Positions 63,331-64,000 of a DNA stretch of 64,000 bases are shown in pieces. Each line of letters begins with the position of its first letter. The stretch's first letter is position 1. Source of the stretch: Octopus bimaculoides (Eukaryota); contig NC_068995.1 in assembly GCF_001194135.2 (NCBI RefSeq), positions 38,848,705 to 38,912,704 on the forward strand, in the 5' to 3' direction. The position numbers and the translations under genes were made by a program. The notes below the pieces were generated by a model that was not told the DNA's origin, did not search any database, and worked only from the letters and a program-made list of their open reading frames with translations.

Positions 63331-64000
63331 TCACATACATTACCCAAGTGCAATACACACTTATATGGACAACAAAGCATTTAGTATAAACAACAAAGAT
63401 AGATGCTCTAACTGGGTGAATCTCTCAGCAGTCTTTCAAATCTCCGCAACTATATACCTCTATCCCTATCATAGTTTGATCCAGTAGTGAACGAATGTTG
63501 TGACAGTGGAGTGAGACAGAGTTGCACCAGCATGAACATGTTACATATTTTCAGCAGCTGGCTAAACTGGAAATGAGAATAGCCTGAATTCGTGACATAT
63601 AATTAAACGTCACGAAAAATATATACCTCTGATCGCGATACGTAATAGCTTTATTTGTAAGGCGTCATTTTTTTTTTCAAGTCTAAAGCGAACGGTCCAT
63701 CCCTGATCGATTTATATTACAAATATTCGTGACGTTTGCAAGCGCTATTATATTTTGTAATCTAACACGTAACTGTTTTTCTGTCGAAAATGAATGGCAA
63801 GGTAAATCACCATTGGAATATCTACGTCCAGCGAAGTAGCTTGTAATTGTTACATATGTTCGTTACGTGATATATTTGACACCCATTTTGCGAATTACAT
63901 TATTCCACATAAACATAAAATCATATATCGCCGATCTGTTGAATCCCCGTACCCATTTAGTGTCTAAATATCTAATTTAGTTGAAATTCCGAGGAAAACT

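Overview
AT-rich eukaryotic draft sequence with 19 N-gaps (about 7.4 kb in total), almost all flanked by microsatellites. It is most likely an octopus genome; this is an inference from repeat families I recognise from memory, not a database result. No intact protein-coding gene, rRNA, true tRNA or CRISPR array is visible, and most ORFs in the supplied track are artefacts of N-runs and simple repeats. The window is a graveyard of mobile elements: an internally deleted BEL/Pao LTR retrotransposon with both LTRs (2317-6336, minus), a Penelope-like element (12170-13481) and a second likely relic, a Tx1/L1 endonuclease fragment, two CR1-group LINE fragments, a mariner remnant, Helitron Rep and helicase pieces, a Tc2-like MITE and more than a dozen tRNA-derived SINE copies. 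Four observations stand out. (1) A frameshifted, stop-riddled region at about 768-1500 whose translation has several collinear motifs resembling the double-jelly-roll major capsid protein of iridovirus-like large DNA viruses; it is a candidate endogenous viral element. (2) A tRNA-headed element ending in an intact minimal hammerhead ribozyme (52816-53560), interrupted by a 117-bp-arm foldback. (3) Four further decayed or gap-truncated hammerhead-like motifs, one downstream of the Penelope ORF. (4) A pre-miRNA-like hairpin at 1845-1952. All protein-family comparisons were done by eye against remembered motifs and need computational confirmation.
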